Below are positions 11,586 through 26,056 of a stretch of 64,000 nt of DNA, piece after piece (position 1 is the first letter of the stretch; every line of letters starts with the position of its first letter). Source of the DNA: the human T2T-CHM13v2.0 reference genome, Homo sapiens; assembly GCF_009914755.1 (NCBI RefSeq), contig NC_060946.1; one strand, written 5' to 3'. Position numbers and translations under genes: made by a program. The notes beneath the pieces are model-generated. The model did no database searches. It was not told where the DNA came from and saw only the letters and a program-made list of their open reading frames with translations.

Positions 11586-13485
11586 AGCCGGGAAAAGCGT
11601 TTGGAGCCGGGAGTCCAGGAGAACCATGCACTTTTCTGCTGTGTGTCCTTGGAGAAAGCGCTGTCCCTCTCTGAGTCATGGCTTCCTCATCTGTAAAAAG
11701 ATTACCCGGGAGGTCCTCGGAGCATAGAGTAGGTACTCCGGCTGCCGAAAAATAAGAGAGAAAGTAGAGGAAGGGCTGAGGGTGGTGGGGCTGCTCTTCC
11801 TCAGAGCATGAATTTAGCCCCCATCCCCAGGCAGTGGCCGCCACTCTCTGTCCATTCCTTGTCCTTGAAAGCCAGCTCAGAGATCTGCCACCAGCCATGG
11901 GAACGGCAGGCCAGTTCCAGCAGGGACCCTCGAAGGGAAATGCAGTGACAGCCCTTAAAATAACAGCTCCGGTCAGCTTTTTATAGGGCTGAGACTGAGT
12001 AGGTAGTGCAGGAACTAGTTACAGGGATCTTTGTCTGCAAAGAGAAATTAGGATAGGCGAGCATGGTGGCTGCAGAGAAGCTGAGGTCTTTTCCAGAGGG
12101 AAAGCATGGAAAAATGAAGTCACACGTCACCCAGGAGGCTGGCCTACAGCCAGAGCCAAGCTGTGGGCTCATCTGGCCCCGGGTTCTGCCCAGTGCTCAC
12201 CTTCTGAAGGTGGCCTACCTAGGACTCGTCCCTTTGTCTGTCTGGAAAATGAGCTTAACTGCCAAGCACTTCCCGTGCCAGCCCTGCTGAGCACTGCACA
12301 TCTGTTATCTTATTTAAGCCTCAAGACATACGTTCATCCCCATTTTACAGATGAGAAAACTGAGGCTCAGAGAGGTTAAGAAACATGCCCAAGGTCACTC
12401 AGCTGGTGAGAGACCTGGCGGGGATTTGAGCTCACATCTGCCTCACTCGGAAGCCCATACTCCTGACACTGACATTCTCCCTCCTTGCCACCTCCCTGAG
12501 AAGAGAGAGACAGCCCAAACCCAGCCTATAGTCGCATCAGTACGGGGCACTATAATGCAATGTCCTTGCCGTTGACCCCAAGCCTCTGAAATCTGGACTG
12601 GGGAGTCTGGGGTGAAACAGACCAAAGCCCGGGGTTTGGGAGAAGTAAATGTTATATTTGGGGGCACTGGTATTTGGACCAACTGGATGCGTCTCAGAAA
12701 AAATTCCATTTTGTTCATCAGTAACCCCAGAGAAAAATGTCTTAGGGCAAAAAGGAAATGTCAGAACAGGCCTGCTAGCAAGAAGACAGAACAATCTTTT
12801 CATTCCTGTGTTCCGCTACATGCTGCCGATGAAGAAGCTGGTTAAGTTAAATATGAGACATTTCCAGCCAAGATTTGTAGGAGCCGGTTTCCAAGCTCAA
12901 TTTTGCCACTGACTCTCAGTGTGATACGAACCTTAGTTTCCCCATCAGCAAATTGAGAACTAAAGATATCTTTAAGATTCCTTTCCATTTTAAATGTGTT
13001 CAGTCCCCAAGACACCCTCGAGAGGCCAACCTGGCCTGGCTGTCCCCATTGCACGCAGTGGAAACTAAGGCTCAGGAAGGGCAGAGGGCTAGCCCCCAGT
13101 CTCGTGGTAGCTTCAAACTGGACTCAGCCTTAGAATTCCTGCTTGGACCACAAAATTCAGCTCTCGTGGCAAACTGCCCCCCGCACCATGAGAGCCCAGC
13201 AACCTTGCAGAGCAATGGGTCCCTTTCAAGGGTCTGGCTCCTCTTAGCCTGGGGCCGGATGGTGTCACGGAGACATCTGGGGGCAGTCTGGCAACCCCCT
13301 CAGCCTCTGGGTCTCTGAGACATCCTGGGCCGTGGCGCACATCTGGCTAGTTGGCCGGAACCACAGCAAACATCTGTGGGAAGGGAGGGAAGGGAGGAAG
13401 GAAGCTGGTGCTCCCAGGGTCTGAGGGACAGAGTCCTGGCCCTGCTCCAGATAGCCAGGTAAGCACTTTGGCTTCAGGTTTTGGA

Positions 13486-13735
13486 ATGTGTCTATGAGTC
13501 AGTGCATGCACACACATGGTATACGTGTGTGTACGTGTGTTCGTGTAAGCACTGTGTCCATCGTGTGTTGTATGTGCATGCATGTTGCATATGCATATGT
13601 GTTCTTGTGCTGCATCCATGTCTTTGTGTGTATGTTGTCTGTGTGTTTGCATGCACACATGTATTGTGTCCGTGCTTGCTTGTGTGTACATACATGGATA
13701 GGTGGATGTGTCTAGGTGTATGTAACAGGGATGTA
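13486..13735. repeat. Degenerate (TG)/(CATG) purine-pyrimidine alternating tract
   Basis: Directly visible. Confidence 0.85.
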
Positions 13736-14906
13736 TAGCAGCAAAGACTGAGCTTGAATTCCAGGCCCACCACTTCCTGGCTGTGTGACCCTGAACCAGT
13801 TAGTGTACCTCTCTGGGTCACTAACAATAGCACCCACCCCATTCAGCTCATGAGGCTTTGGGGAGCTAACCCATGAAGACCAATGAACACTGGCCCACAG
13901 CAAAAGCTGCATAACTGGCTGCGATTATTCCGCTTCTTTTCCTGCCGGCTGCGTCTCTGGGTGCCGCAAAGATCCAGCCATCAGGGCCGGCTGCTTGTTG
14001 ATGGGCCTGCATGCCGCCCCCCGTAAATTCAGGAATCGCCTGCCGCAGGAATGCCATATTTCTATCATCTCCCAGACAGCGTCAGCCTTCTCTGAGCTGT
14101 TTCCCTTTGGCTCACAGCCAGGTTTAAGAGTTTTACGAAAATTCCCAAGACCTTTAGCCGTCTCGACTTGAGAAGACAGGGCTGCTGGGCTGGGGAGAAA
14201 ATGAGAGGCTACTGAAGGCAGGAAGCAGGCTGCATTCCTGGTCCCAAGGAGGTACGGCTGGCGGGAGGCTCAGAAAGCCCAGGACATTCTTCTCCAAGTT
14301 AAAAATACGCAGCACGTCAGCTGCAGCAAAGGCCTCTGCAACCTAAATCTATTCCAGAAAGCGGAAAGGTACAGCAGCATAGATGTTTCAGGCTAAGAGG
14401 AAAAGAAGGCCGTTCGGTCCCAACACTGAAGGCTCCCAGCCGACCTGTGTCCTCCGCACCGTCACCCCTGACAGCGGTGTTCCTTCCACCAAGTCCGCGC
14501 GTCCTTAGCGACATTCTCCAATGCACAGCACCCAGATCTGGGGTTCAAATCCCAGCTCCACCCCTTACTGTGTGTCCTCTGGAGACTTGCTCTACCTCTC
14601 TGAGCCTCAGTCCTTTCAACTTTAAAATAGGAACAAGAAGGCATTCCTTAAGAGGTGCGCTGAGGGTTAACAGAGATGGTGTCTGTGAAGCGGAGCCTGG
14701 TCTCCTTCCAAACTCAGGCAGGGCCTACCCCTGGGTGAGCTCCGCCTCTCCTGACATACACACTTGTTTGAGGGGCAGGGAATGCCCCAGGCTCGGGAGT
14801 CAGGAGGTCTCAGCTGTGTTTGCTGTGTGGCTTTAGGCAAATCACTGAACTTTTCTGTGTGACACTCCCATTTCCCCACCCATGAAATAAGATGGTTGAA
14901 CTGGAT

Positions 14907-15185
14907 CAGTAAATCCCAAAAAGAGGTTTAAACACCCCAGTGGCTGGGAGATGGTGGTACACAGGCATAAAACTTTTTGTTTTTAATTCTCAAATATTTA
15001 TTTTTATGTGTATTAAAAATATCATCACTTCCAATTTGGGATGTCATGGATATTGTTGCTAAGGCTGAGGCTAAAATCTTTTTTAAGTGAGTTAGTGTAA
15101 AGTGGATTTAAAGAATGACGTTGGGTTAATAATGGGGCAAAAACTACCTAGGTGGCCATGAAAGACCGAGACTGGGGGATATTCC
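14907..15185 (-). mobile_element. MER113-like hAT-Charlie fragment
   Basis: AT-rich block with gtggtacac...gagttagtgtaaagtggatttaaagaa, resembling antisense MER113 (recalled consensus). Confidence 0.4.
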
Positions 15186-15203
15186 ACAGAGAAGGTAATC
15201 TCA

Positions 15204-15549
<346 letters not shown>

Positions 15550-18084
15550 TTATGGGTAAGTCATGGCATCTATGAGCCTTAGTTTCCTAGTCAGTGAAAT
15601 AGGGATAATAAAAGGTGCCCCCCAAGGCCACGACGAAGGTCTAATGAGAAGATGTCTTGAAAAGCACCTGACAAGATGCCTGGCAAATAACAGATGCCCA
15701 GAGGAGTGACTGTTATTGCGGAACTTGTATCAGAAGCCTAAAAAATTAATCATCATATCCTGAATTACTATTAATTGTATTATTATTATTTTCCAGCCAC
15801 TGTTCCAAGCACTTTATATGAATACAGCAGGGATCATTTATGAAGCACTGATTGTGTAACAGGCCCTAACCACATTTTATCTCATTTAATAGCTCTGTAG
15901 TTCACACAAACGGCTCTGTAGTTCACAATTCCAACAGATGGCTATTGAGCATTTACTTGATTCAAGACACAGAAGATTCCAGAGTAAACAAGCCAGGAGA
16001 ATCCCTGCCTGGTGAGGCTTCAGTGATACAAGGGCTGTTTTATAGCTGAGAGGTCTTGGAGATGAGATGAAGCTCTAGGACAAGGCAAAGGGCAAATGTG
16101 AGCCTGAGTCTGTCTGATTCGAGTATTCAGGCTGTCCCCACAGGGACTCCCCATCCCCGGGAACAGTCAGAGCATCTTCACACCCAGGCAGCTGTGAAGG
16201 AGATTGGAGACCCATCCATGTAAAACACAAGAGCAGGAGCCGACAGTTACCCTCATCTTCGATGCTCCCTCCCTTGACCCCACTGGAGGACATAAGTGTC
16301 CAAGAGGCTGAGACAGCCCCAACTGCCATCATCTGCAAACAGAGAGATGGGGTTACTGTCACCCCTTGCCCATGCAAGGGGGATCACCATGGGACAGAGA
16401 GACGCCAAGGGCATGTTAATGAACCATGCATGCTGAACTTGACACACACTGGAGGCTCCAACTCGTTCCTAAGGGACCTGTACCCTAATTTTTGCCCATA
16501 ATGGGCTCCAGGTACTGTCATTCGAAAGGAGTCAGTTTGTCACTTACAGAGCACTAAGGATTGAATGAGATGGGGCTGGGTGTGAGGAAGGAGGAGAAGG
16601 CAACTGCAGGAGATGTGGACACCGTGCGGGCTCCTGCAAATCGGGCAGCAGATCTGGCATTCCTACCTAGGCTTTAACTTCCCAGCTCTTTGACATGGGC
16701 CATAAAACCTAAGCCTCAGCTTTGCCATCTGTAAAATGGGGATAATCCTATCAACCTTGCAGGGTCCCGTGTGTGGAACTGCACACAGGGTGCACATCAC
16801 AGGCAGCAGCACAAAAGTGGCCCAAGGTCCTGCCACAGCTTTCCCAAGCACATGCCATGAAGGGCAGCTCAGTTCTGGGTTCTGTTTCAGCAGGAATGGG
16901 CTATGCAGTCTGGCACAAGTGCTCCTCCTCCAAGAAGCCTTCCTTGACTGCCTCTTGTCAGGCTGATTTCTCCTGCCTTGAATCTACTGCAGGGCTTACC
17001 TCAAAATCACAGGTCATTCCACTGCCTCATCCTCAGGTCGTGGTAGAATTTAGTGGCACACGATTGCCCTGCTCAGCTTGCAGATGAGGAAATTGAGGCC
17101 CAACAATGGAAAACGGAGCCAGTGTGGCTCTCTCCACCTCCCTGCTTCTCTGGGCTTTGCCTCCCCACCACTCAAAAGAACAACATAAAGCAAGCAGCCG
17201 CTCACTGAAATCAGCCTTAAACCTGAGCCAAGGCTGCCCCTTGACTTCTGCAACCAGGAACCCTGAGTCATGCCCTGGCCTCAGCCCTGGCGGCTCCAGA
17301 TGGGGGCACCAAGGCGGGTCGGCAGTTTGCCACCTCCTGGCCACTTCTGCTAAGTGGAAACACCAGCAGGAAAGGGGTGAGGCCATGTGTGTGCCAAGCG
17401 GGCACCACACATGGGTGTCCCTCTGTGTGCAGTGCGTGTGTGCCTAAGAGTTCACCCACATGCATGTTACAACAGGAACCACACATGGTTGTGCACAAAT
17501 GAGACCAGATCACACGTGTGTGCCTGAGGGTGTCCCGCATACATGTGTGTAGGCATCATATAGCGGATATGGAGGTCTTAGAACAATCTCTAAGCTCACA
17601 GTCGCACTTGGAAGAATCTGAACTCCGCACCAGGACCGCAGGAACCTGAATGTGCTGCCTTACCACTACCACTGTCACTGGCCTCATTTCCACCTGCTCC
17701 GTCCGGCCTTCCTGCCACTCCTCAAGGCCTTGTCCCTCTTCTGGAACATTCTGCCCCCAGATCTTCCCAAAACCGATTCCTTCTCATCCTCCACTATTTC
17801 AATATGGGCTTCAATATGGGGTGGGGGAGGTGGGAAGATGTCTCTTTGATGCCCCCATTGTGCCCCCCATGACCCTCACCATCCTACCCCAGGTTATTTC
17901 CAGCACAGCTCCTCCCCAGTCTAAATGATTTTGTTCTATGTGGTTTGTTTTGGGCTCTCTGAGAGCTTGCCTCCCCCATTAGACAAGATGTTCCATGAGG
18001 ATGTGGACTTCACCTGCCTTTCTCAAAGTCGGCAAGAGCTGTCTAACGTGACCTGCTTGAAATACACTCATCGGCTAAATCATA

Positions 18085-18245
18085 TTGAGTGTTCACGTGT
18101 GTGTATGTGTGCAAAGGTGTGTGTGTGCATGTGCCCATGTGTATAGGGCTGGCATGTGCACCCGTGTGCTAGTGTGTCTGCATGCATCTGTCTGTGTCCA
18201 TCTCTGAATAGATGTGTGTCCATGGAGACAGTGGGCGTGTGTATT
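18085..18245. repeat. Degenerate (TG)n tract
   Basis: Directly visible. Confidence 0.8.
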
Positions 18246-18980
18246 CGGGGAAGATGCCCCAGAACTAAAGGCACTGGCTAGAGTCCAGGAAGGGCCCTGC
18301 CCCTTGGGTAGGTTTCACGGTTCCATCTCTGCACAGCCTCCAGTGTGGAGAAGAAAAGGTGGCCACGACTGCTGTGCCCTGAATGTCTGGGTGCATGGTC
18401 TCATTTCATCTTCCCTACTCTAGAAGAGGTGGGTCTTACTAGTCACTCCCATCTTACAGACAAGAACTTGGGGACGGGGAAGTCATGCACACAGGCCCCA
18501 CAGTGAGCAAGTGGGAGTCAGAATCCAAACCCAGACCCTTGGGCCTGAGCCCTCTGGGTCCCACTGCCTCAGCCAGAGTCTTCCAACAAGACCAGAAGAG
18601 GCAGAGGGAGCGCGGGAGGGAGAGAATTCAGAAGGCTCCAGTCCCCGCCCAGCACTTGGCAGCACTTCCCCACACATGACAACAGTGTGAACACAGAGAT
18701 GGGAGTAACAGCTGGTCTCTGCCCCAATCCAGATGTGGGAGAGACAGTTTCTCCCAAAATACTCTCGCTGTGAAGTCAGAAAGCCTCCCAGTATATACAA
18801 AATGTGCTGCTCAGTGCTGGGAAGGAACTGCTCACGTCTCCGCCAACGGTCCACCTGCTCCCGAGAGCTCATCCAGGCCCTCAGCCCTCCTGTCATTCCC
18901 TCTTAGGGTCGTCTCCAGCTAAAAGTCTCTGGGAAACCCCTGTTAAAATACAAACCCATTCATCCTGGTAGAACCAATTA

Positions 18981-19661
<681 letters not shown>

Positions 19662-21039
19662 TACACAATTGGTTCTAAACAGAGGACAGGAACACGAGAG
19701 AATGGGACGTAGGACAGACATGTTTTGAGAGGGCAAGGGGCCCAGCAGGTGATCCTAAATTTTAACTGTTCAGCCTCTTTCCTTGCCAGTCCCTAATGCT
19801 GCCTTTGTCTCCAAGGGAGAATTTTCTAGATCCCCACCTGTGTCTTGGTCTGCCCCCCTCTTGTTCGCGCTGTTTCACCTAAGATTTTATTCAAAGGAAA
19901 GATGTTGCTGCAAATTTAAAAAGTAGGGTGTGCGGGAGAGGGAGGATAAAGTCTAAAATCACTGACCTGACCTGACCCAAACATTGGACCGGAAACCAAG
20001 GCCCAGAAAGGAGCTATGACCTGCCGAAAGCTAAACAGTGGAGTTTAATAAAGTAGCGTAGCATTCAGGTTCCCCATCTGCTGAGCCAGTGGTGTCTGGC
20101 CCTCCAATGGGGGGTGGAAGGGACTCTGGGTTCCACAAGGTCCAGGAGGGACAGAGCATCCTGGACACAAGCCCCACTCCGGGCCTAAGGTCAGGTGAGA
20201 GATGGGAGAGAAATGACGGGAATGTCAAGGGATTTTCGGGAAACAAGCAGGCCCATCGGTCATCATGGACACCCAGCCTTCAGCCTGGAGTCAAACAGAA
20301 ATCCACTACGGTGGGAATGTCGGGGTGGGCGCTCTAGGCTCTGTTCCCTCATCCCAAGAGGGTTTCCTCACCACCCAAGCCTGTCCAGGTTCCCCAGGAG
20401 AGACTAAGCCTTGTCATCATTGAGATAGACACAGGGAGGGTTTAGACACTCTAGCTAAGCACGTCCATAGGGAGGATTAAGGATCCCGCAGGATTTGAAT
20501 TCATACAGCCCAGCCACAGAGCCTGGGTTTGAACTTCACCCTACCTGGCTGGGAAGAAGGTCTCACGGCTGGAGCCAGAAGGAAAAACCAGGAGCTCTTG
20601 TGAGCCCAGGGTGCTTGGAAACACCCTCATCGATGGGTTTTCATCCAAGAGACCCACTCAGACAGGAGACAGGAGTAGCTGCTATGTTCAAAAGCCATGA
20701 AAAAGCCCAAAAGTCAGTGGGCTCCGAGTGGGGCGTGGATCCAGCGTCGCTCCAGCAACCCTGGACAACAGCCTCATAAACAGGAGGGGCCCAGGAGGAG
20801 GCAGTGGGGGAAGGGCCCCTCCCAGCCAGCCCCAGGATCCAGGGGTGCCCTGCAGAACCAGACAGGTTTGAGGAGCCAGAAGTCAGTGTGAGGTGAGCTG
20901 GGAGCGAGGAAGGCTGAGTGCAAACGGGCTCACAGCCATCAGGCTTCGGGCAATTCCATAGCAGGGGAGCCTGGAGAGCGTCCAGCCCATAGTCACGGAC
21001 ACCTGGAGCTGGGAGGGGCCTTAAAAGTCTCCCAGGCCA

Positions 21040-21200
21040 ACCCCATCACTGATGCCAGGAGCCCTGTCAAGGAGTTGTCTAGGATCTGCTTGCACACTTC
21101 CAAAGACAGGGAGCTCATTCCCCATTTTAGGTACAGAGTAATGTGCTGTCTTTCCATTGAGCTTAATCATCTTTCCATTCATTCCTCCACCCCTTGGACC
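21040..21200 (-). mobile_element. L3/CR1 fragment
   Basis: ctgcttgcacacttccaaagacagggagctcattc, a typical L3 antisense motif; a similar motif occurs at ~42270-42320. Confidence 0.45.
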
Positions 21201-22311
21201 ACACTGAACAAAGCCTGAAAAATTCCCAAGTCCCATTTATAATTTTTTTCTATTTGCCTATGCCTTCATTGAAAAATACAAATACCATGAGAATTGGATG
21301 AGTATTTTTACTGTTAGTTTCCTACTTCCTAGAACAGCGCCTGGCTCATGGTATAATAGATTCTCAATGCATATTTATTGAGTGATTAAATGAATGAATG
21401 AGATTGGGGTGAACATACAGAGAGCATTCCTCCTTATGTGTTTGAGCTAAAGTGTCTAGGCTGGACTGGTTCAGGAAAGAGTAATTTATCCAGGGCAGAC
21501 AAAGGCACTTAGAAGAAGGGATGCCTAGGTGTCAATTCCAAGGTAAGACAAGGACCAGGTGAAAGGAAAGAACAATGGAAGCAGGCGGAGGCGAGGAGGG
21601 CTGAGTGTGTGGTCCAGGACCAAGGCTGGGAATAAAGTGGGAAATCAGGGTCTCTTGTTATGCCGTGTGGGGGCCATCCTAGAGGTGATCGCAAAAGCTT
21701 CATGAAGCCAGATGCACGACCCTGCAAGGACAGCAAGAAAGATCCTGCAGGGTCAGGGATAATAATCTCTCTCCCAAGAATACAGCAACCTTGTGATTCA
21801 TCACAGCATCCTTCAAGGGCAGATATAAACCCAGTTTGCAGATGAGGATGCTGAGGCCCAGGAAGTAGCAGAGGCAGAACTAGAAGATGGGTCTCCTCTC
21901 TTCATGACACACTTCCCTCCCCTCCTCCCCACCACAGACCTCCAGAGGGCAGAGGAGGCAGGAAGAGCTGAAAGCACCCTGGCCCTTTGGCGAAGATCAC
22001 TTGGGGCTGCCAAGTAGGTAGGCTAAGGCCAGAATGTGAAGGGGAAAGTTTGAGCTCCCTCCTGCATAGGTAGGATGCCACTGGGCAGCATTAGAGGAGC
22101 AGTGGATTAAAGTTGTGGCTGAAGCTTAGTCAACTGCTCACTTCCTTGCTGTGTAATCTGATGAGTAAACAAGCCTGTCTGAGCCCCCTTTTACTCATCT
22201 ACAAAATGCCGATAATAGGAGTAGCTGCCCAAGCAGTTGATATGGACACAATGAGATGCATGTAAGTCACAGCCCCTTTCACACAGTAAGTGCCCAATAA
22301 ATGTTGGTTAC

Positions 22312-22605
22312 TTTTTTCTTTTTTTCAGACAGAGTCTCACTCTGTCGCCAGGCTGGAGTGCAATGGCGCAATTTTGCTCACGGCAACCTCTGCCTCTCGA
22401 GTTCAAGCGATTCTCCTGCCTCAGCTTCCCAAGTAGCTGGGATTACAGGCATGCACCACCACACCCGGCTAATTTTTGTATTTTTAGTAGAGACAGGGTT
22501 TCACCATGTTGGCCAGGCTGGTCTCGAACTCCTGACCTCAGGTGATCTGCCCGCCTCAGCCTCCCAAAGTGCTGGGATTACAGGCGTGAGCCACCGTGCC
22601 CCGCC
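22312..22605 (-). mobile_element. AluSx inserted in a MIR 3' end
   Basis: ctcctgacctcaggtgatctgcccgcc; TSD aatgttggttactttt/agtgttggttactctt at 22300-22315 and 22606-22621. Confidence 0.94.
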
Positions 22606-23014
22606 AGTGTTGGTTACTCTTATCAGATCTTGAGAAGTGGCATCACTCCAGCCTCTCATCACAAATTGGGCCCTCCAAGGGGAGCCTTGTCTTCAACCTT
22701 CGAGAGCTCTCTCTCTACCACGGGACGCATTTGGGCAGGGGGGTGTCGTGGATGTGGCTGCCTGTTGCTGCACCCCAAGAGTCTTAAGCCAGCTCCAGCA
22801 GGGCAAGGTAAACCAACTTACTCTGTAATCTTCACAACTGCTCATTAATTCTCCTTTCAGGGACACATTTTTCCCGGCGTTCTGCCAACTACCTGTCCTG
22901 CTATATTTCCTTAGTGTGAAAGGAGGAGCAGATAGTTTACTAATTTTGGATTTGTTCACACCCAGGACCGGAGAAAGATGGAAGTCCTCAGAAATCATGG
23001 CTCACTCTCAGAAT

Positions 23015-23150
23015 TTATCCATCCCTCCGTTCTTCCACCCATCCAGCCACCCATTCTCCCATCAACCCACCCTTCCTCCCACCAACCTATCCCTCACCCA
23101 TTCACCCACCCACACACCCATCTATCCATTTCTTCTTCCATTCCACCAAT
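23015..23150. repeat. (CCAT/CCAC)n degenerate repeat at an L2 tail
   Basis: Directly visible, followed by antisense L2 end (tattcattgagcacct). Confidence 0.75.
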
Positions 23151-23384
23151 ATTCATTGAGCACCTTCTCTGGGCCAGACCATGTGTCAGGTACTGGAGGA
23201 TACAGGAGTGGACTAGATAGACCAGACTCTGATCTTGAAGAATTCACAACGCAGATATCAATTGAATAATCAGCTGAATAAATGCATCTCACCTTCTAAC
23301 TCATTCCCCACTCTGGAGGCAGAGAGAGCCTTTGAAAACCCAAATCTCTGGTTCCCATTAGCCTGGAAACAATGACCCCCACTA

Positions 23385-24030
23385 GACTGGGAAGAAAATA
23401 CCCTCTCAATCATCGCTGCTGGAGATGTAAAGTGTTACAGCCTTTTAGAAAAGCAATCTTGCTACATCTCTGAAAATGTAAAATCTACCTTATGCCCTAG
23501 CAATCCCCCTCCTGGGGATCTCTCCCACAGAAACAAACACACAGCACTTAAAGCCATGTGCTCAAGAATGTTTCCTGCAGTATCATTCATAGCAGCAAAA
23601 AGAAAGGAAAGGCAAAGCCTCAGTCAGGGAATGGTGAAAGCATCAGGGTACAGCCAAGCCATGGAGTATTATGCAGCCAAGGACAGGAGGGAATAGAGTT
23701 GTACCAATCAGCTCAAGATATTACCAGGAGATGTCTGGCATGGAAAAAGCACTATGGAGAAAGTGTGTGCAATGTGATCCCGTTGTGAAAAGAACATCAA
23801 TCGCAATGCTTCACATATGTGATGACATGAGTATGAAGAGAATTATGAAAATTATAGGAGAATTCAGACTAGGTAGTTAACTTGGGTGACCTGGCTTGGG
23901 GGGTGGTCTGCAATGGGAGGAAGCAGTGGAGGAAGCCAAGGAGAAAGAAAAAAGGAAGCAAAACTGTCAGCACTAAAGAAACACATAAGTGACATGACAC
24001 TTAGGCAGGTATATAAAATTACGTATTTGG
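23385..24030 (+). mobile_element. Old L1ME-like ORF2-end/3' UTR fragment
   Basis: gctgctggagatgtaaagtgttacagcc...agcaatccccctcctggggatctctcccacagaaa...aagaatgtttcctgcag. Confidence 0.65.
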
Positions 24031-24425
24031 TGTCTTAGTTCGTTTGTATTGCTATAACAGAATACCAGAGACTAGGTAATTTATAAAGAAAAGAAATGCA
24101 TTTGGCTCATGGTTCTGGGGGCTGGAAAGTCCAAGATCAAGGAGCTACATCTGGAGGGCCTTCTTGTTGCATCACCCCCTGGCGAAAGGCAGAAGAGCAA
24201 AAAAGTATGTGCAAGAGAGAGACAGCAAGAGCCAGACTTACTTTTATAACAAATCCACTCTCACCATAATGAAGCCATTCCCCATGACAGCAATATTAAT
24301 CTACTCATGAGAAGAGAGCCCTCATGACCTAATCACCTCTTAAAGGTCCCACCTCTCAACACCATCACACTGAGGAGTAAGTTTTTAACACACGAACTTT
24401 GGGGGACACATTCAACCCCATAGCA
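24031..24425 (-). mobile_element. MST (MSTC/D-like) MaLR solo LTR, full length
   Basis: tgtcttagttcgtttgtattgctataacagaatacc...ctcatgacctaatcacctcttaaaggtcccacctctcaac...acattcaaccccatagca; TG...CA termini, 395 bp. Confidence 0.85.
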
Positions 24426-25743
24426 CATGACTAGTGTATAAAGGAATTAAACAAAATAAATATTTAAGAAAAAGAAAACCCTAATCTGATTGTACCTCCC
24501 CATGTGCTACCCCCAAACCCTTTCTTCGTTCTCCCTGGCCTCACTACCTGCAATACTGACCCTGCTTCTTGTCACCTAGAATGTGTCATTGTTCCCTAAC
24601 CAAACCCAGATTCCATCCCACTTCCAGGCCTTCACATGTGCTGTTCCCTCTGCCAGGGATGCCCCTTCTTGCTGCTATATACATCATGGCCTCTTTTTCA
24701 GGTTCCCTGAGAGATGTTTCTCAAGCCTGAAGGCTAAGCATGAGCTGACACTGATGGGTGCCTACTGCATGCCAGGCATGAGGTGGGCTTCATCCTCACA
24801 GTGCCCTTGGGTTTCTCTGCTCTGCTCTGCTACCCAATATTTGTGCCAAGCACAATCACCTCCATGCAATTTTGGCTCTTCTTCAGGAATCTTAGCTGCA
24901 TTGATTCATTCCAGTTTACAGAGGAAGTTACTGAGGTTGAGTGGCAAAATATAACACCCAAAATCACATAGTTAATGAGCCAGGATTTGAATCCAAGACT
25001 GATCTGAGGCCTGGCCTTCTCCTCCCTATTCCAGGCTGCTCTTGGAGAGGAAAAACAAGATGTGAATTGGATTCAGGTACTGCAGTTTAAGGATTAGTAT
25101 CTCCCTTTCAGGTGAGTTTGTTGCTCAGACGCACACTCTGGAGTGAGGAATATGGATTGCAGCAGCTGTCACAGGGCCCTGATACAGTCAAGACCTCTCA
25201 GGCTTCCCAGCTGGAGACACACCCTCGGCCCAGCTCCCAGCCTATGGTCATCGCCACTGCTCACCTAATATTTACCCAATATCATTAAACACCTTCTTCC
25301 TGATACCTTCCTGGCCCCCCTGCTTCCTACGTCAAACAAGTGCAAACATCACAGCCTCCAGGGCAGGTACATAAATCACCGGGTCTAGCAAAAGAACTAT
25401 TATGTCCATCCCACCTCTGGGAGGCAGTGGCTGGGCCCTGCCAGGTTTTAACCAGATGTTCGCATTTTGGGGCTCTGCCTGGGTATTTACACCAGAAGTT
25501 TCCCCCAGGGTTTGAGGACAGAGGTTGCCTCAACACAGCCTTACCATTCAGAACCTCAGCAAAACAGGCAGGCCTAGCAGCCATAGGAGATAAAAGGACG
25601 TTGTAGTCCACTAACATCTCGAGTGGGTGAGTGGTCCAAGCCCAGAAAGGGGGAGGACTTTGCCTGAGGCTGCATAGTAATTTAATCAAAAAGAATTCAC
25701 ATTTCTCAATAACACAGGAGGTGTCCCCTCAACAACAAAAAGT

Positions 25744-26056
25744 CACCAGCACCATCATCATTATCATCACCATCACCATCATCCTCACCATTATCATCAT
25801 CCTCCTCATTACCATCATCATCACCCTCATTCTCCTCTCCTCCTCACCAGCACCATCACCATCATCATCACCATCACTATTATCATCACCATCACCATCA
25901 TCACCATCACCATTGCCATCATTATCATCACCATCATCGTTACATCATCATCACCATCACCATCATCGCCATCACCATCACCGTCATTATCAGCATCATC
26001 ATCACTATCATCATCACCATCATCATCATCACCATCACCATCATCATCATCATCAT
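25744..26056. repeat. (CAT/CAC)n trinucleotide repeat, ~310 bp
   Basis: Directly visible. Confidence 0.95.

Noticed and set aside
15892-15927. 15-bp direct repeat (similar 20-bp repeat at 37101-37142)
   Set aside because: Ordinary short tandem duplications with no inserted element between the copies.
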